Origin: Macrostomum lignano
Taxonomy: Eukaryota
NCBI GenBank assembly: GCA_002269645.1
Contig: NIVC01002478.1
Coordinates: forward strand, 139,697 to 170,745
Reading direction: 5' to 3'
DNA: 31,049 bases
The first letter of the stretch is position 1, and each line of letters opens with the position of its first letter. Of this stretch, positions 30,844-31,049 are shown one piece after another. The notes beneath the pieces were generated by a model. It made no database searches. It was given only the letters and a program-made list of their open reading frames with translations, and was not told the origin of the DNA. The translations under genes were made by a program, and so were the position numbers.

Positions 30844-30977
30844 AGACAGACTAGTCTGGACACGTTGAATATCATGGCCTCATTGTAGGTTGGCTGGCTC
30901 TCGTTCTTCTTCACGGATGTCTTCTTCTTGGCCAGTGCGTTTGCCGTTCTGAATCAGGTGCACCTTCACTAGTACGT
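30844..30977 (-). CDS. SYT12: Synaptotagmin-12-like, penultimate exon (C2B polybasic region), with two apparent indels
   Basis: D.LVKVHLIQNGKR[a]LAKKKTSVKKNESQPTYNEAMIFNVS. There is an extra base at 30936 and a missing base near 30857. Acceptor CGCAG|AC; inferred weak donor TCT|GTAGTT. The 5' exons lie beyond the window. Confidence 0.7.
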
Positions 30978-31049
30978 CTGCGAGAATTGCGTGGCACAGG
31001 GTTCACAGCGATCATTACATGAAAGGACAAGTTTCCAATTGAAGTCTCG

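Noticed and set aside
1919-30977. Programmed frameshifting as a shared mechanism for the three genes
   Set aside because: No slippery sites or common signal, the shifts go in different directions, and these genes are not known to be recoded. Consensus error is more parsimonious.

Overview
Eukaryotic (metazoan) genomic DNA. GC-rich exons, polyQ tracts and minisatellite-filled introns suggest a Macrostomum-like flatworm, which is an inference only. Three conserved genes are recognisable. (1) An intronless CUEDC2 (+, 1919-2873). (2) An 11-exon ZSWIM8/Dora/EBAX-1 (+, 7010-24977, about 1794 aa, reconstructed by hand with consistent splice phases and one probable GC-AG intron). (3) The last two exons of a synaptotagmin-12-like gene (-, 30171-30977). 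Each gene carries single-base frameshifts, most likely consensus errors. The rest is dense in repeats: two copies of a tRNA-derived CORE-SINE, a deleted mariner, a fold-back mariner whose rearrangement junction is amplified into a 9x128-bp array, several MITEs with target-site duplications, two LINE fragments and about a dozen unrelated tandem arrays. The most striking pattern is that six of the ten ZSWIM8 introns are each filled by a different private minisatellite, and in two of them the 5' splice site is itself a degenerate repeat unit. All alignments were done by eye and homologue comparisons are from memory; no database was searched.
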